Shown in pieces: positions 41,112 through 50,064 of a stretch of 64,000 bases of DNA. The notes beneath the pieces are model-generated. The model was given only the letters and a program-made list of their open reading frames with translations, made no database searches and had not been told where the DNA came from. Made by a program: the position numbers and the translations under genes. This stretch comes from Candidatus Krumholzibacteriota bacterium (GTDB taxonomy: Bacteria; Krumholzibacteriota; Krumholzibacteriia; JAJRXK01). The first letter of the stretch is position 1. The number at the start of each line of letters is the position of its first letter. The stretch covers positions 64,001 through 128,000 of the forward strand of contig CAWDWO010000026.1 of assembly GCA_963806035.1 (NCBI GenBank), given 5' to 3'.

Positions 41112-42230
41112 ATGAGTGCAATCTCCGAGCGAGTCCGTGTGGAGGTCAGAAACCTCACGCCGTATCAACCCGGCAGGCCGATCGAGACCGTCCGGCGCGA
41201 ACTGGGCATCCCCCGGATCGTGAAGCTGGCCAGTAACGAATATCCCGACGGACCCTTTCCCGAAGTGATCGAAGCGGTGAAGAGCGAAGTGGGGAACTTG
41301 AACCGTTACCCCGATCCGGGTTGCTTCGAGGTGGCCGAAGCGGTTTCCAAGTTCTACGGACTGAAGCAGAGCGAGGTGTTCTTCGGCAACGGGAACAACG
41401 AGATCCTGGAATTGCTCATCCACCTTCTCGTCGGGCCGACACAGGAAGTCCTCTATGCCAGGCCCAGCTTCCCCATTTACGGACTCATCGCCCAGACGCA
41501 CTTCAAGGTGGGACGCGAGGTGCCGCTGGATGCCAACTGGGTGCACGATCTCGACGCCATGGGGAATGCGATCAACGAGAAGACTCGCCTGATCTTCCTG
41601 TGCAATCCCAACAATCCCACCGCCAGCTACCTCACGCACGACCAGGTTGCCGCGTTTCTGCGTCGCGTACCCGACGATGTCGTCGTGGCGATGGACGAAC
41701 CCTATCTGGAGTTCGTGACCGCGAAGGACTTTCCCGACTGGAAGGAACTCTGGAAGGACCACCCGAATCTGGTCGCACTGCGTTCGTTCTCCAAGGGTTA
41801 CTCCCTGGCCGGTCTGCGGATCGGCTACCTCTTGGGAAGCGAGGAGATCGTGGGCATGCTGCATCGCGTACGCCAGCCCTTCAACGTCAATCGACTGGCG
41901 CAGAAAGCCGCGGCGGTGGCGATCAACTGTCGCGATCGAGTCGACGAGAGGCGCGCCCAGAACCAGCGCCGGATGAAACGGCTGCGCGAGGGAATGGAGG
42001 AGTTGGGAGTGGAGGTTCTGCCTTCTCAAACCAATTTCTATCTGGCCATCGTTCCCCAGCTCATTCCCCAACTCTTCGAGAGATTGTTGCATCAAGGGGT
42101 CATCGTCAGGCCCATGGAGCCCTTCGGAATGCCGGAGCGGTCCTTCCGGGTCAACACGGGGACCGAAGACGAGAACGAATTCTATCTCGAGGCCCTGGGA
42201 AGGGTGATTCGCGGGGAGGACCGCTCCTGA
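41112..42230 (+). CDS. hisC: Histidinol-phosphate / aromatic aminotransferase
   Basis: YQPGRP, KLASNE, RYPD, CNPNNPT, RSFSKGYSLAGLRIGY. Confidence 0.93.
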   Translation: MSAISERVRVEVRNLTPYQPGRPIETVRRELGIPRIVKLASNEYPDGPFPEVIEAVKSEVGNLNRYPDPGCFEVAEAVSKFYGLKQSEVFFGNGNNEILELLIHLLVGPTQEVLYARPSFPIYGLIAQTHFKVGREVPLDANWVHDLDAMGNAINEKTRLIFLCNPNNPTASYLTHDQVAAFLRRVPDDVVVAMDEPYLEFVTAKDFPDWKELWKDHPNLVALRSFSKGYSLAGLRIGYLLGSEEIVGMLHRVRQPFNVNRLAQKAAAVAINCRDRVDERRAQNQRRMKRLREGMEELGVEVLPSQTNFYLAIVPQLIPQLFERLLHQGVIVRPMEPFGMPERSFRVNTGTEDENEFYLEALGRVIRGEDRS

Positions 42231-43537
42231 GCACCGAGCTCATCGTGCGTCCCAAGGGACCTTTGCGCGGGAGCGCGGTTCCGCCCGGCGACAAGTCGAT
42301 CAGCCATCGTGCCTTCCTCTTGAACTGTCTGGGCACGGGCGCGGCACGGGTGAGCGGATCCAACGAAGGTTTGGATCTTGGATCCACACGCTCGGTCCTT
42401 GCCCAGCTCGGGGTGGTGCTGCGCGAGAGCGCTGCGGGCTACCTCGTCGAGGGGCGCGCGGGACGTTTACGCCCGGCCAGTGATGCTCTGAACTGCGGTA
42501 ACTCCGGCACCACCATGCGACTGCTGGCCGGCATTCTCGCGGCCCAACCCTTCACCACTACTCTCAGCGGCGACGAGAGCTTGCAGCGCCGGCCCATGAC
42601 CAGGATCGCCGACCCCCTGCGCCAAATGGGAGCGAGGGTCGAAGGCAGAAACGGGGGGCGCACCCCTCCTCTGATCGTGAGCGGCTGCCGGCTGCGTTCG
42701 CAGCGCTTCCGCTTGCCGGTCGCCTCGGCGCAAGTGAAGAGCTGTCTGCTCTTGGCCGCGGCGGCCAGCCGGGTCGAGGTGGAGATCGAGGAAGCCGCGC
42801 CCACGCGCGATCACACCGAGAAGATGCTGGCGGCCATGGGGGCACAGATCGAGTGCGAGGGGACGCGCGTGCATCTGCGCGAGAGCGGCGAGCTGCAGTG
42901 CGTGGACGTGTCGGTGCCGAAAGATCCTTCCGCCGCCGCCCTGATTTTCGCGGCGGCTGCGACCGTTCCGCAGAGCCGCGTGGCGATCGAGGGGGTTTCC
43001 CTCAATCCACGCCGCAGCGCCTTTCTCGAGGTCTACCGGCGGATGGGGATCGACATTCAGCGCGAGCACTCCGGGACGAGCGCCGGCGAGGAGCGCGGTG
43101 ACCTGCTCCTCCAATCCCCCTCGGCCCTGCGTCCTCTCCAGCTGGGAGCGGACGAGGTGCCCGGGCTCATCGACGAAATTCCCGCCCTGGCCGTGCTGTG
43201 CGCATTCGCTCCGGGAAGGAGCCGGCTTTCCGGACTGAGGGAGCTCAGGGTCAAGGAGTCGGATCGGCTGGCCGCCATCGCGCGTCTCCTGCAGGACTTC
43301 GCGGTGGAAGCGGCGATCGAGGGTGACACGCTCAGCATCGTGGGGGGAGAGGTCCATGCGCCCAAGCGCTACCAGCCGGCGCGGGATCATCGTATGGTGA
43401 TGGCCGCGGCGGCGCTGGCGGTGGGGGCCTTGAGCCGGGCGGAAGATGGTCAGTGCGAGTTGATGGAAAGCGATGAGGTCGCGGTGAGTGATCCCGAGTT
43501 CTTCTCGACCCTGAGAAAGTTGAGTGGCGCAAGCTGA
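42227..43537 (+). CDS. aroA: EPSP synthase (apparent CTG start; alternative GTG 42245)
   Basis: PGDKSISHRA, CGNSGTTMRL, RPM.RI, ASAQVKS, RDHTEKML, IDEIP, LRVKESDR, DHRM. Confidence 0.95.
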   Translation: MSTELIVRPKGPLRGSAVPPGDKSISHRAFLLNCLGTGAARVSGSNEGLDLGSTRSVLAQLGVVLRESAAGYLVEGRAGRLRPASDALNCGNSGTTMRLLAGILAAQPFTTTLSGDESLQRRPMTRIADPLRQMGARVEGRNGGRTPPLIVSGCRLRSQRFRLPVASAQVKSCLLLAAAASRVEVEIEEAAPTRDHTEKMLAAMGAQIECEGTRVHLRESGELQCVDVSVPKDPSAAALIFAAAATVPQSRVAIEGVSLNPRRSAFLEVYRRMGIDIQREHSGTSAGEERGDLLLQSPSALRPLQLGADEVPGLIDEIPALAVLCAFAPGRSRLSGLRELRVKESDRLAAIARLLQDFAVEAAIEGDTLSIVGGEVHAPKRYQPARDHRMVMAAAALAVGALSRAEDGQCELMESDEVAVSDPEFFSTLRKLSGAS

Positions 43538-44889
43538 TGGACCCCGCGAAGGACCCCCTGCAAATCGCCATCGATGGACCGGCCGGCTCGGGGAAGAGTT
43601 CGGTGGCCGCCCGCGTATCCGAGCGACTGGGTTTGGTTCACGTGGATACCGGGGCGATGTACCGCGCCCTCACCTTTCTCTCTCTGCGCGAGAAGATCCC
43701 CCCCTCTTCGGAAGATGCGTTGAGCGAGCGTCTGGACGCGATGGAGATCGAGTTTCGTGAAGGCGCCCTCCACCTCGATGGAGAGGACCTCTCGCAGGCC
43801 ATTCGCACGCCACAGGTGACCGAGAGAGTCTCAGAAGTTTCAGCTCATCCGAAAGTGCGGCGGGTCATGGTGGCGCGCCAGCGTCGCCTCTGCCGTCAAT
43901 CCGCGCGCGGTTCGGTGCTGGAGGGTAGAGACATCGGCTCGGTGGTGCTCCCTCTCTCGCGCTGCAAGATCTACCTCGATGCACGGCTCGAAGAGAGGGC
44001 GAAGCGAAGACTCTTGCAGGCGGGGGAGGAGCCGACGGAGGCGCGCCTGGAAGAACTCGAGCGAGAAATCCAGCGGCGCGACAAACTCGACAGTGAACGC
44101 GAACACAGCCCCCTCCTGATCTCTCCCGACGCGCACGTGATCGACACCAGCGCAATGAGTCTGGAGGAGGTCGTGGACGAAGTGGCGCGCCTCGCCAAAG
44201 AGGCGACCCCCCCCGTGCCGGAGCCCGCTGCCCTGGCGCCCTATCGCTTCCGCAAGTGGAGCTACGCGTGGGTGGTGCGTCTCATCCGGCTCGTGTTCTT
44301 TGGACCCTGTGGAATGAGAGTCTTCGGACGGGCCAACGCCGAACTGGCCGAAGCCGTGCTCTTCGCCAGCAATCACATCTCACACTTCGACCCGCCGGTG
44401 GCCGGTTCGGCCCTGGGCCGGGAGCTGTATTTTTTGGCCAAGCGCGAACTCTTCGTGGGGATCTTCGGCAAGATCATCGCGCACTTCGACGCCATCCCCA
44501 TCCGCCGCGGGCGCTGGGACGCGGAGGCCTTCGAGGCCGCGATCGCGGCTCTCAAGCGCGGGGAATCGCTCATGTTCTTCCCCGAGGGCACCCGCAAGCC
44601 GCCTGGCCGCCCCGGCCCGGGCAAGCGCGGTCTGGGGATCCTCCTGGAGCGCAGCGGGGTGCCCATGCTGCCGGTCTTCGTGCGCGGCACCGACTCTCTG
44701 CGGGCCTGCCTGCTGCGGCGCGAGCGCCTGGAAGTCTGGATCGGCCCGCCGCTCCGCTTGCATGCGCTGAATGTCCTGAAGAAGACGATATCCGACGCGG
44801 CCCTGCAGCAGCGCATCGCGAGCCTGTGGTTGGCCTGCATCGAGGAACTGGCCGAGCGCAGCGCCCAGCGGGCGGCAAAACCCTCCTAA
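43537..44889 (+). CDS. cmk: Fused cytidylate kinase / 1-acyl-sn-glycerol-3-phosphate acyltransferase
   Basis: IAIDGPAGSGKS, DTGAMYR, EGRDIG, then in the same frame SNHISHFD (HX4D), FLAKRELF, FFPEGTR. Confidence 0.93.
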   Translation: MDPAKDPLQIAIDGPAGSGKSSVAARVSERLGLVHVDTGAMYRALTFLSLREKIPPSSEDALSERLDAMEIEFREGALHLDGEDLSQAIRTPQVTERVSEVSAHPKVRRVMVARQRRLCRQSARGSVLEGRDIGSVVLPLSRCKIYLDARLEERAKRRLLQAGEEPTEARLEELEREIQRRDKLDSEREHSPLLISPDAHVIDTSAMSLEEVVDEVARLAKEATPPVPEPAALAPYRFRKWSYAWVVRLIRLVFFGPCGMRVFGRANAELAEAVLFASNHISHFDPPVAGSALGRELYFLAKRELFVGIFGKIIAHFDAIPIRRGRWDAEAFEAAIAALKRGESLMFFPEGTRKPPGRPGPGKRGLGILLERSGVPMLPVFVRGTDSLRACLLRRERLEVWIGPPLRLHALNVLKKTISDAALQQRIASLWLACIEELAERSAQRAAKPS

Positions 44890-44906
44890 TCCGGCAAAGG
44901 CCGCGC

Positions 44907-44935
44907 TTGCAGCGGCTCTTGAGGTGAACTATTCT
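44907..44935 (+). promoter_or_regulatory. Putative sigma-70 promoter of rpsA
   Basis: TTGCAG-17 nt-TATTCT. Confidence 0.55.
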
Positions 44936-44989
44936 ATGCGTCTGCCCACGGCTGTGGGTAAATCCACGTGTAGGAGGAAACAAAGTCAG

Positions 44990-46885
44990 ATGAGTGATAT
45001 TTCACCCCAACCGGGCGCTCCGGAAGCGTCTGCGTCCAGCTCCAATGCGGGTGCAGGCTCTGGCTCCGGCGCTCGCACCGCACCGGGCCATTCCGGTGGG
45101 CATCCGGCCGCAACCGTCACCACCGAATTCGATCCCAAGGACATCGTGAATCCCGAGCTCCTCGAGGAGGATGTCTATTCTCCCGAGCAGATGCTCGAGA
45201 TGATCCAGCAGTACGAGGGAACCCTCAGCGAAATCCGCGAGGGCACCATCGTGCGCGGAACGGTGGTGGAAGTTCTCGAGAACGAAGTTCTCGTCGACGT
45301 CGGGTTCAAGAGCGAAGGTGCCATCCCGATCACCGAATTCCGGGGTCAGGGTCGGATCAAGGTAGGCGACATTCTCGACGTCTATCTGGAGAAAATCGAA
45401 AACCAGGACGGCCTGATTTCTCTCTCCAAGGAGAAGGCCGACTTCCTGATGGTCTGGGACGACATCAAGACCGCCTACGATACGCATCGCGTCGTGCACG
45501 GCGTGGTCGATCGTCGCATCAAGGGCGGGCTGGTGATCAAGCTGATGGGAGTGGATGCGTTCCTTCCCGGTTCGCAGGTCGCTCTGCGTCAGGTACCAGA
45601 TCTGGACGCGCTGCTGCGCGAGACCCTCGAGTTCCGCATCATCAAGATCAACAAGCGGCGCCGCAACATCGTGGTGAGTCGCCGGGTCGTTCTCGAAGAG
45701 GAACGCGAGCGCAAGAAGAGGAAGCTCATCGCCGAGCTGGAAAAAGGACAGATTCGCAAGGGCGTGGTCAAGAACATCACCGACTTCGGCGCCTTCGTCG
45801 ACCTCGGTGGAATCGACGGGCTCTTGCACATCACCGACCTCAGTTGGGGCCGGGTGAATCATCCCAACGAGATGGTGAACATCGGCGACGAGATCGAGGT
45901 CAAGGTGCTGGAGTTCGACCGCGAACGCGAGCGCATTTCCCTCGGCCTCAAGCAGCTGCAGGAATATCCCTGGGAGGATGTCGAGGCCAAGTACACCGAA
46001 GGCAAACTGGTCAAGGGCAAGGTCGTCAGCATCACCAACTACGGGGCGTTCGTGGAGCTGGAGAAGGGCATCGAGGGCCTCATCCACATCAGCGAGATGT
46101 CCTGGACGCGCAACGTCCGCCACCCCTCCAAGATCGTCAGTCTGGGCGAAGACGTGGAGGTCATGGTGCTCAAGGTCGACAAGGAGAGCGAGAAGATCTC
46201 CTTGGGACTCAAGCAGGCCGAACCCGATCCCTGGGAAACCCTCGAGGAGCGATTCCCGGTGGGGACCAAGCTCACGGGCAAGGTGCGCAACTTGACCGAC
46301 TTCGGCGCCTTCGTCGAGGTCGAGGAGGGCATCGACGGTCTGGTGCACATCTCCGACATGAGCTGGACCAAGCGCATTCGCCACCCCAAGGAGATCGTCA
46401 AGAAGGGCGACACGGTGGAGGTCGTGATCCTGGACATCAACCAGGAGCGCCGCCGCATCAGCCTGGGCATCAAGCAGATGCAGGAGAATCCCTGGGAAGA
46501 GCTGGGCGAAAAGTACAGCGCGGGCACCGAGTGCAAGGGGACCATCATGCGGCTTCTGGACCACGGTGCCATCATCGAGGTCGAGGACCAGGTGGAGGGC
46601 TTCGTGCCGGCGCAGCAACTCGCGATTCCCGAAATGTCCTCGGCCCAGGAGCACTTCCGGGTCGGTGAGGAAATTCCTCTCACCGTGATCAAAATGGACG
46701 TGGAGAACCGCAAGATCGTTCTCTCGGCCCAGGAGTACTTCGCGAAGCATGAGGACGAGCTTCAGGCCTACATCGAGGCTCATCCCAAGCGCGAGCTCAC
46801 CGAGGAAGAACGCGCGGCGGGCGAGGCCTACAAGGGCGATGAGCTCGACGAAGAACTGGCGGCGGAGAACGCACAGGACTCCTAA
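44990..46885 (+). CDS. rpsA: 30S ribosomal protein S1 (six S1 domains)
   Basis: VDVGFKSEG, AFLPGSQ, NITDFGAFVDLGGIDGLLHITD, RISLGLKQ repeats; AGGAGG SD. Confidence 0.97.
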   Translation: MSDISPQPGAPEASASSSNAGAGSGSGARTAPGHSGGHPAATVTTEFDPKDIVNPELLEEDVYSPEQMLEMIQQYEGTLSEIREGTIVRGTVVEVLENEVLVDVGFKSEGAIPITEFRGQGRIKVGDILDVYLEKIENQDGLISLSKEKADFLMVWDDIKTAYDTHRVVHGVVDRRIKGGLVIKLMGVDAFLPGSQVALRQVPDLDALLRETLEFRIIKINKRRRNIVVSRRVVLEEERERKKRKLIAELEKGQIRKGVVKNITDFGAFVDLGGIDGLLHITDLSWGRVNHPNEMVNIGDEIEVKVLEFDRERERISLGLKQLQEYPWEDVEAKYTEGKLVKGKVVSITNYGAFVELEKGIEGLIHISEMSWTRNVRHPSKIVSLGEDVEVMVLKVDKESEKISLGLKQAEPDPWETLEERFPVGTKLTGKVRNLTDFGAFVEVEEGIDGLVHISDMSWTKRIRHPKEIVKKGDTVEVVILDINQERRRISLGIKQMQENPWEELGEKYSAGTECKGTIMRLLDHGAIIEVEDQVEGFVPAQQLAIPEMSSAQEHFRVGEEIPLTVIKMDVENRKIVLSAQEYFAKHEDELQAYIEAHPKRELTEEERAAGEAYKGDELDEELAAENAQDS

Positions 46886-46924
46886 GCCCCACGCCTCGTC
46901 GATCGCGACCGAGACGTGTGCAGC

Positions 46925-46961
46925 GAGGCCCCGCCCGGAATCACCGGACGGGGCCTCTCTC
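46925..46961 (+). terminator. Terminator-like hairpin after rpsA
   Basis: GAGGCCCCG..CCGG-AATCA-CCGG..CGGGGCCTC followed by TCTC (weak U tract). Confidence 0.5.
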
Positions 46962-47029
46962 GATCTGCGGGTTTTCAGCGATTCGGCGCGATCTTTCGGG
47001 CCCAGCACGAACACGGGAAGGGAAAAGTC

Positions 47030-48397
47030 ATGCGAGTCGCGTTCACGACTCTCGGATGCAGACTGAACCTCTTCGAAACCGAAGCCATGCGCCATCGTCT
47101 GCACTCAAAGACGCAGGCCGAGCTGGTGGAATGGGAGGACGAGGCCGAGGTCTACGTGGTCAATTCCTGCACCGTCACCACTCGCGCCGAAAAGAAATGC
47201 CGTCAACTGGCGCGCTCGATCAAGCGCCGTCATCCCGCGGCAAAAGTGATGATCGTTGGCTGCTACGCGCAGGTGAACGGCGAGCCTCTGATGAAGTTGC
47301 CCGAGATCGACGCGGCCTTGGGCAACGAGGAGAAGAAGCACCTCGAGGACTATCTGCCCCGGCTCCTCGCGGGCGATCGGATCCTGGAGGCGGCGTCCTT
47401 CCCCAAGAAGATGCGGGCGCGAGAAGGGGAGTGGATCGAGGACTTTGCCGGCCGGAGCCGCGCCACGATCAAGGTGCAGGAAGGCTGCAACATGCGCTGC
47501 ACCTTCTGCGCGATCTGGAGCGCGCGTGGCCCCAGCCGCTCCCGTCCGCCGCGGGAAATCGTGGACCAGGCCCAAAGCCTGGCCGCGGCCGGATATGAGG
47601 AGATCGTGCTGGGCGGCGTGCACCTGGGGCACTACGGGCGCGATCTCTCGCCGCGCTCTGATCTCATCGAGCTGTTGAGCATGCTGCTGGATCTGGTGGA
47701 CGAACGAGTGCGTTTTAGGCTCTCCAGCATCGATCCCTCGGAAGTCGACACCCAACTGGTGCGGATGCTGGCGGAGGATCCGCGGCTGTGCCGCTATCTT
47801 CACCTCTCCTTGCAGTCTGGCAGCGATGCGGTCCTGCGCCGCATGCGCCGCGCCTACAGCGCGCCCTACCTGCGCGGACTTTTGGCGAAGATCGCCGGGA
47901 TCGACCCCGATTTCGGTCTGGGAGCCGATCTCATCGTTGGCTTTCCCAACGAAGACGAGGCCGCTTTCGCGGAGACGGTGGCTCTGCTTGAGTCGACTCC
48001 GATCAGCTTTTATCATGTGTTTCCCTACTCCGACCGGCCCGGAACCGCCGCCTCGACGATGCCCAAAGTGGTGGCGAGCGGAGTCGTCGCCGAGCGCGCC
48101 AGGATTCTGCGCGAGGCGGGCGAGAAGAGGCGCGAGGACTTCTTGCGCAAGCACCTGCACGGGGTCTACCAGGGCGTCGTGGAAGGTCCCTCTCCCCATG
48201 GGGTGGAGGGTCAGCGAGAGATCATGCTCGAGGACTATGCGACGGTGTGGGCCCGAGTCGAGGAGAGCTTCGAGAAGAAGCGCGTCACGCTGAGAGTGGA
48301 AGCGATGGACGAGAAAGGTCGGCTGCGCGGCGTGGTGCTCAACGAGGCCGAATCCGCGGAGGATGACACCGCCAGAGCCGCGGTGGGGAGAAGCTGA
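47030..48397 (+). CDS. mtaB: tRNA threonylcarbamoyladenosine methylthiotransferase
   Basis: FTTLGCRLN, NSCTVT, GCYAQ, KVQEGCNMRCTFC, RLSSIDP, HVFPYS.RPGT. Confidence 0.9.
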   Translation: MRVAFTTLGCRLNLFETEAMRHRLHSKTQAELVEWEDEAEVYVVNSCTVTTRAEKKCRQLARSIKRRHPAAKVMIVGCYAQVNGEPLMKLPEIDAALGNEEKKHLEDYLPRLLAGDRILEAASFPKKMRAREGEWIEDFAGRSRATIKVQEGCNMRCTFCAIWSARGPSRSRPPREIVDQAQSLAAAGYEEIVLGGVHLGHYGRDLSPRSDLIELLSMLLDLVDERVRFRLSSIDPSEVDTQLVRMLAEDPRLCRYLHLSLQSGSDAVLRRMRRAYSAPYLRGLLAKIAGIDPDFGLGADLIVGFPNEDEAAFAETVALLESTPISFYHVFPYSDRPGTAASTMPKVVASGVVAERARILREAGEKRREDFLRKHLHGVYQGVVEGPSPHGVEGQREIMLEDYATVWARVEESFEKKRVTLRVEAMDEKGRLRGVVLNEAESAEDDTARAAVGRS

Positions 48398-48398
48398 G

Positions 48399-49742
48399 AT
48401 GAAAAACCGGCTGTACATCGAAACCTACGGCTGTCAGATGAACGTCTACGACAGCCGGGTGATTCTGGACAATCTGAAGCGCGCCGGCTTCACCGAGGTG
48501 AAGAGCCCCGAGCAGGCGGACGTGTTGCTCTTGAACACCTGCGCCGTGCGCGACAATGCGGAGCAGCGAGTGATCGGGCGGATCGGCGAGCTCATGCGCT
48601 ACAAGAAGGATCGCAAGGACGTTCTGATGGGTGTGGTGGGGTGCATGGCCCAGCGGCTCGGAGAACAGTTGCACGAGCGGCGCAAGGCCGTCGATCTGGT
48701 GGTGGGCACCGACCAGTACGGCCGTATCGCGGAGATGATCGACTCCGTTCGCCAGACCCAAAGTCCCCAATTCGATACGACCACCAGCGACATCGCGACC
48801 TACCAGGCGAGCCCGGAATTCGATCCGGAAAACAACACGCACTTCATCTCCATCACCCGTGGTTGCGATTACCGCTGTACTTTTTGCGTGGTTCCCAACA
48901 CGCGCGGGGCCCTGCGACCCAAGGATCCCAAGACCGTGGTGTCCGAGGTCGAGGCGATCGTCGAGGAGCGGGGCGGGGTGGAAGTCACTCTGCTGGGACA
49001 AAACGTGACGGCGTATCGCCACGAAGAGGCGAGCTTCGCCGAGCTCTTGCGCAGGGTGAACGAAGTCGAAGGCCTGCGGCGCATCCGCTTTCTCACCAAT
49101 CATCCCACGGACTTCACCGAGGATACCCTCAGCGCCATCGCCGAATGCGAGAAGGTCTCTCCCTGGCTCCACATGCCCATCCAGAGCGGCAGCGACCGGA
49201 TTCTGCGCAGAATGAAGCGCGGATACCGCCGCAAGGAGTATCTCGAACTGGTGTCTCGTTGCCGCGAAGTCCTGCCCGAGGTGAGCTTCTCCACCGACAT
49301 CATCGTTGGCTTTCCCGGCGAAACAGAGGAAGATTTCCAGCAGACGCTCTCGGTCATGCGCGAGATGCGTTACGATTCGGCTTTCGTCTTCAAGTATTCT
49401 TCCCGGCCGGACACTCCGGCCGCGAAGCTGAAGGACGACGTGCCCGAAGAGCTGAAGCGGGAGCGCATCCAGTGCGTGAATGCTCTCCAGGGAGAATTGT
49501 GGGAAAAGGAGGCGGCCGCGCTGGTGGGGAGCCGTTGGGAAGTCGCGATCGAGGGACCCGATCGCAAGGGCCGCGGTTTTCTCAGAGCCCGTACCCTGAA
49601 CAACCGTAAAGTCCTGGTGCCTGCGCGAGACGATCTGGGACGGGGAGACGAACTCCTCGTACAAGTGACCGGAAGCCAGGCCACAACATTTTTTGCCGAA
49701 ACTCTCGGCGTAGTCTGGAAGTACGATCGTGTGGCTGCTTAG
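48399..49742 (+). CDS. miaB: tRNA isopentenyladenosine methylthiotransferase
   Basis: IETYGCQMNVYDS, NTCAVR, GCMAQ, GCDYRCTFCVVP, LLGQNV, DIIVGFPGET, TRAM region. Confidence 0.95.
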   Translation: MKNRLYIETYGCQMNVYDSRVILDNLKRAGFTEVKSPEQADVLLLNTCAVRDNAEQRVIGRIGELMRYKKDRKDVLMGVVGCMAQRLGEQLHERRKAVDLVVGTDQYGRIAEMIDSVRQTQSPQFDTTTSDIATYQASPEFDPENNTHFISITRGCDYRCTFCVVPNTRGALRPKDPKTVVSEVEAIVEERGGVEVTLLGQNVTAYRHEEASFAELLRRVNEVEGLRRIRFLTNHPTDFTEDTLSAIAECEKVSPWLHMPIQSGSDRILRRMKRGYRRKEYLELVSRCREVLPEVSFSTDIIVGFPGETEEDFQQTLSVMREMRYDSAFVFKYSSRPDTPAAKLKDDVPEELKRERIQCVNALQGELWEKEAAALVGSRWEVAIEGPDRKGRGFLRARTLNNRKVLVPARDDLGRGDELLVQVTGSQATTFFAETLGVVWKYDRVAA

Positions 49743-50064
49743 AACCATCTTTTTCGTGATTCTCCTGGTCTTTTTCGTGGCGGTCGCGGTGCAGAACAGC
49801 GAGCCCGGCGTCACGGTGAAGTTCTTTGCGTGGACCCAACCCATGGTGCCGCTGTGGATCGTCATCTTCGCTTCGGCCCTGGTGGGCTTCGTGGTGGGAA
49901 TGATCGTCTCCGTGGTGCGCGAAATCCGCTTGCGCCTGGACTCGGGAAAACTGCGCCGGGAACGCGACGAATATCAGCGCGAGATCAAGCGCTTGCGCGC
50001 TGCGCCTCTCGATGAACTCTCGAGTTCGCAGGACCAATTCTCGGACGGTGATTCCCTGCCGTGA
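49729..50064 (+). CDS. lapA: LapA-family membrane protein
   Basis: TM helix ending AVQN, second TM helix, C-terminal coiled coil; precedes LapB-like gene. Confidence 0.8.
   Translation: MWLLRTIFFVILLVFFVAVAVQNSEPGVTVKFFAWTQPMVPLWIVIFASALVGFVVGMIVSVVREIRLRLDSGKLRRERDEYQREIKRLRAAPLDELSSSQDQFSDGDSLP

Noticed and set aside
41321..42226. 302-aa N-terminal extension of the aroA ORF (similarly xerD from 36918, hslU from 30745)
   Set aside because: Off-frame overlap with the upstream real gene; ORF-caller longest-start artefact.
45740..46500. Repeated nucleotide segments such as ACCGACTTCGGCGCCTTCGTCGA
   Set aside because: Explained by tandem S1 domains of RpsA; not a CRISPR or DNA repeat element.
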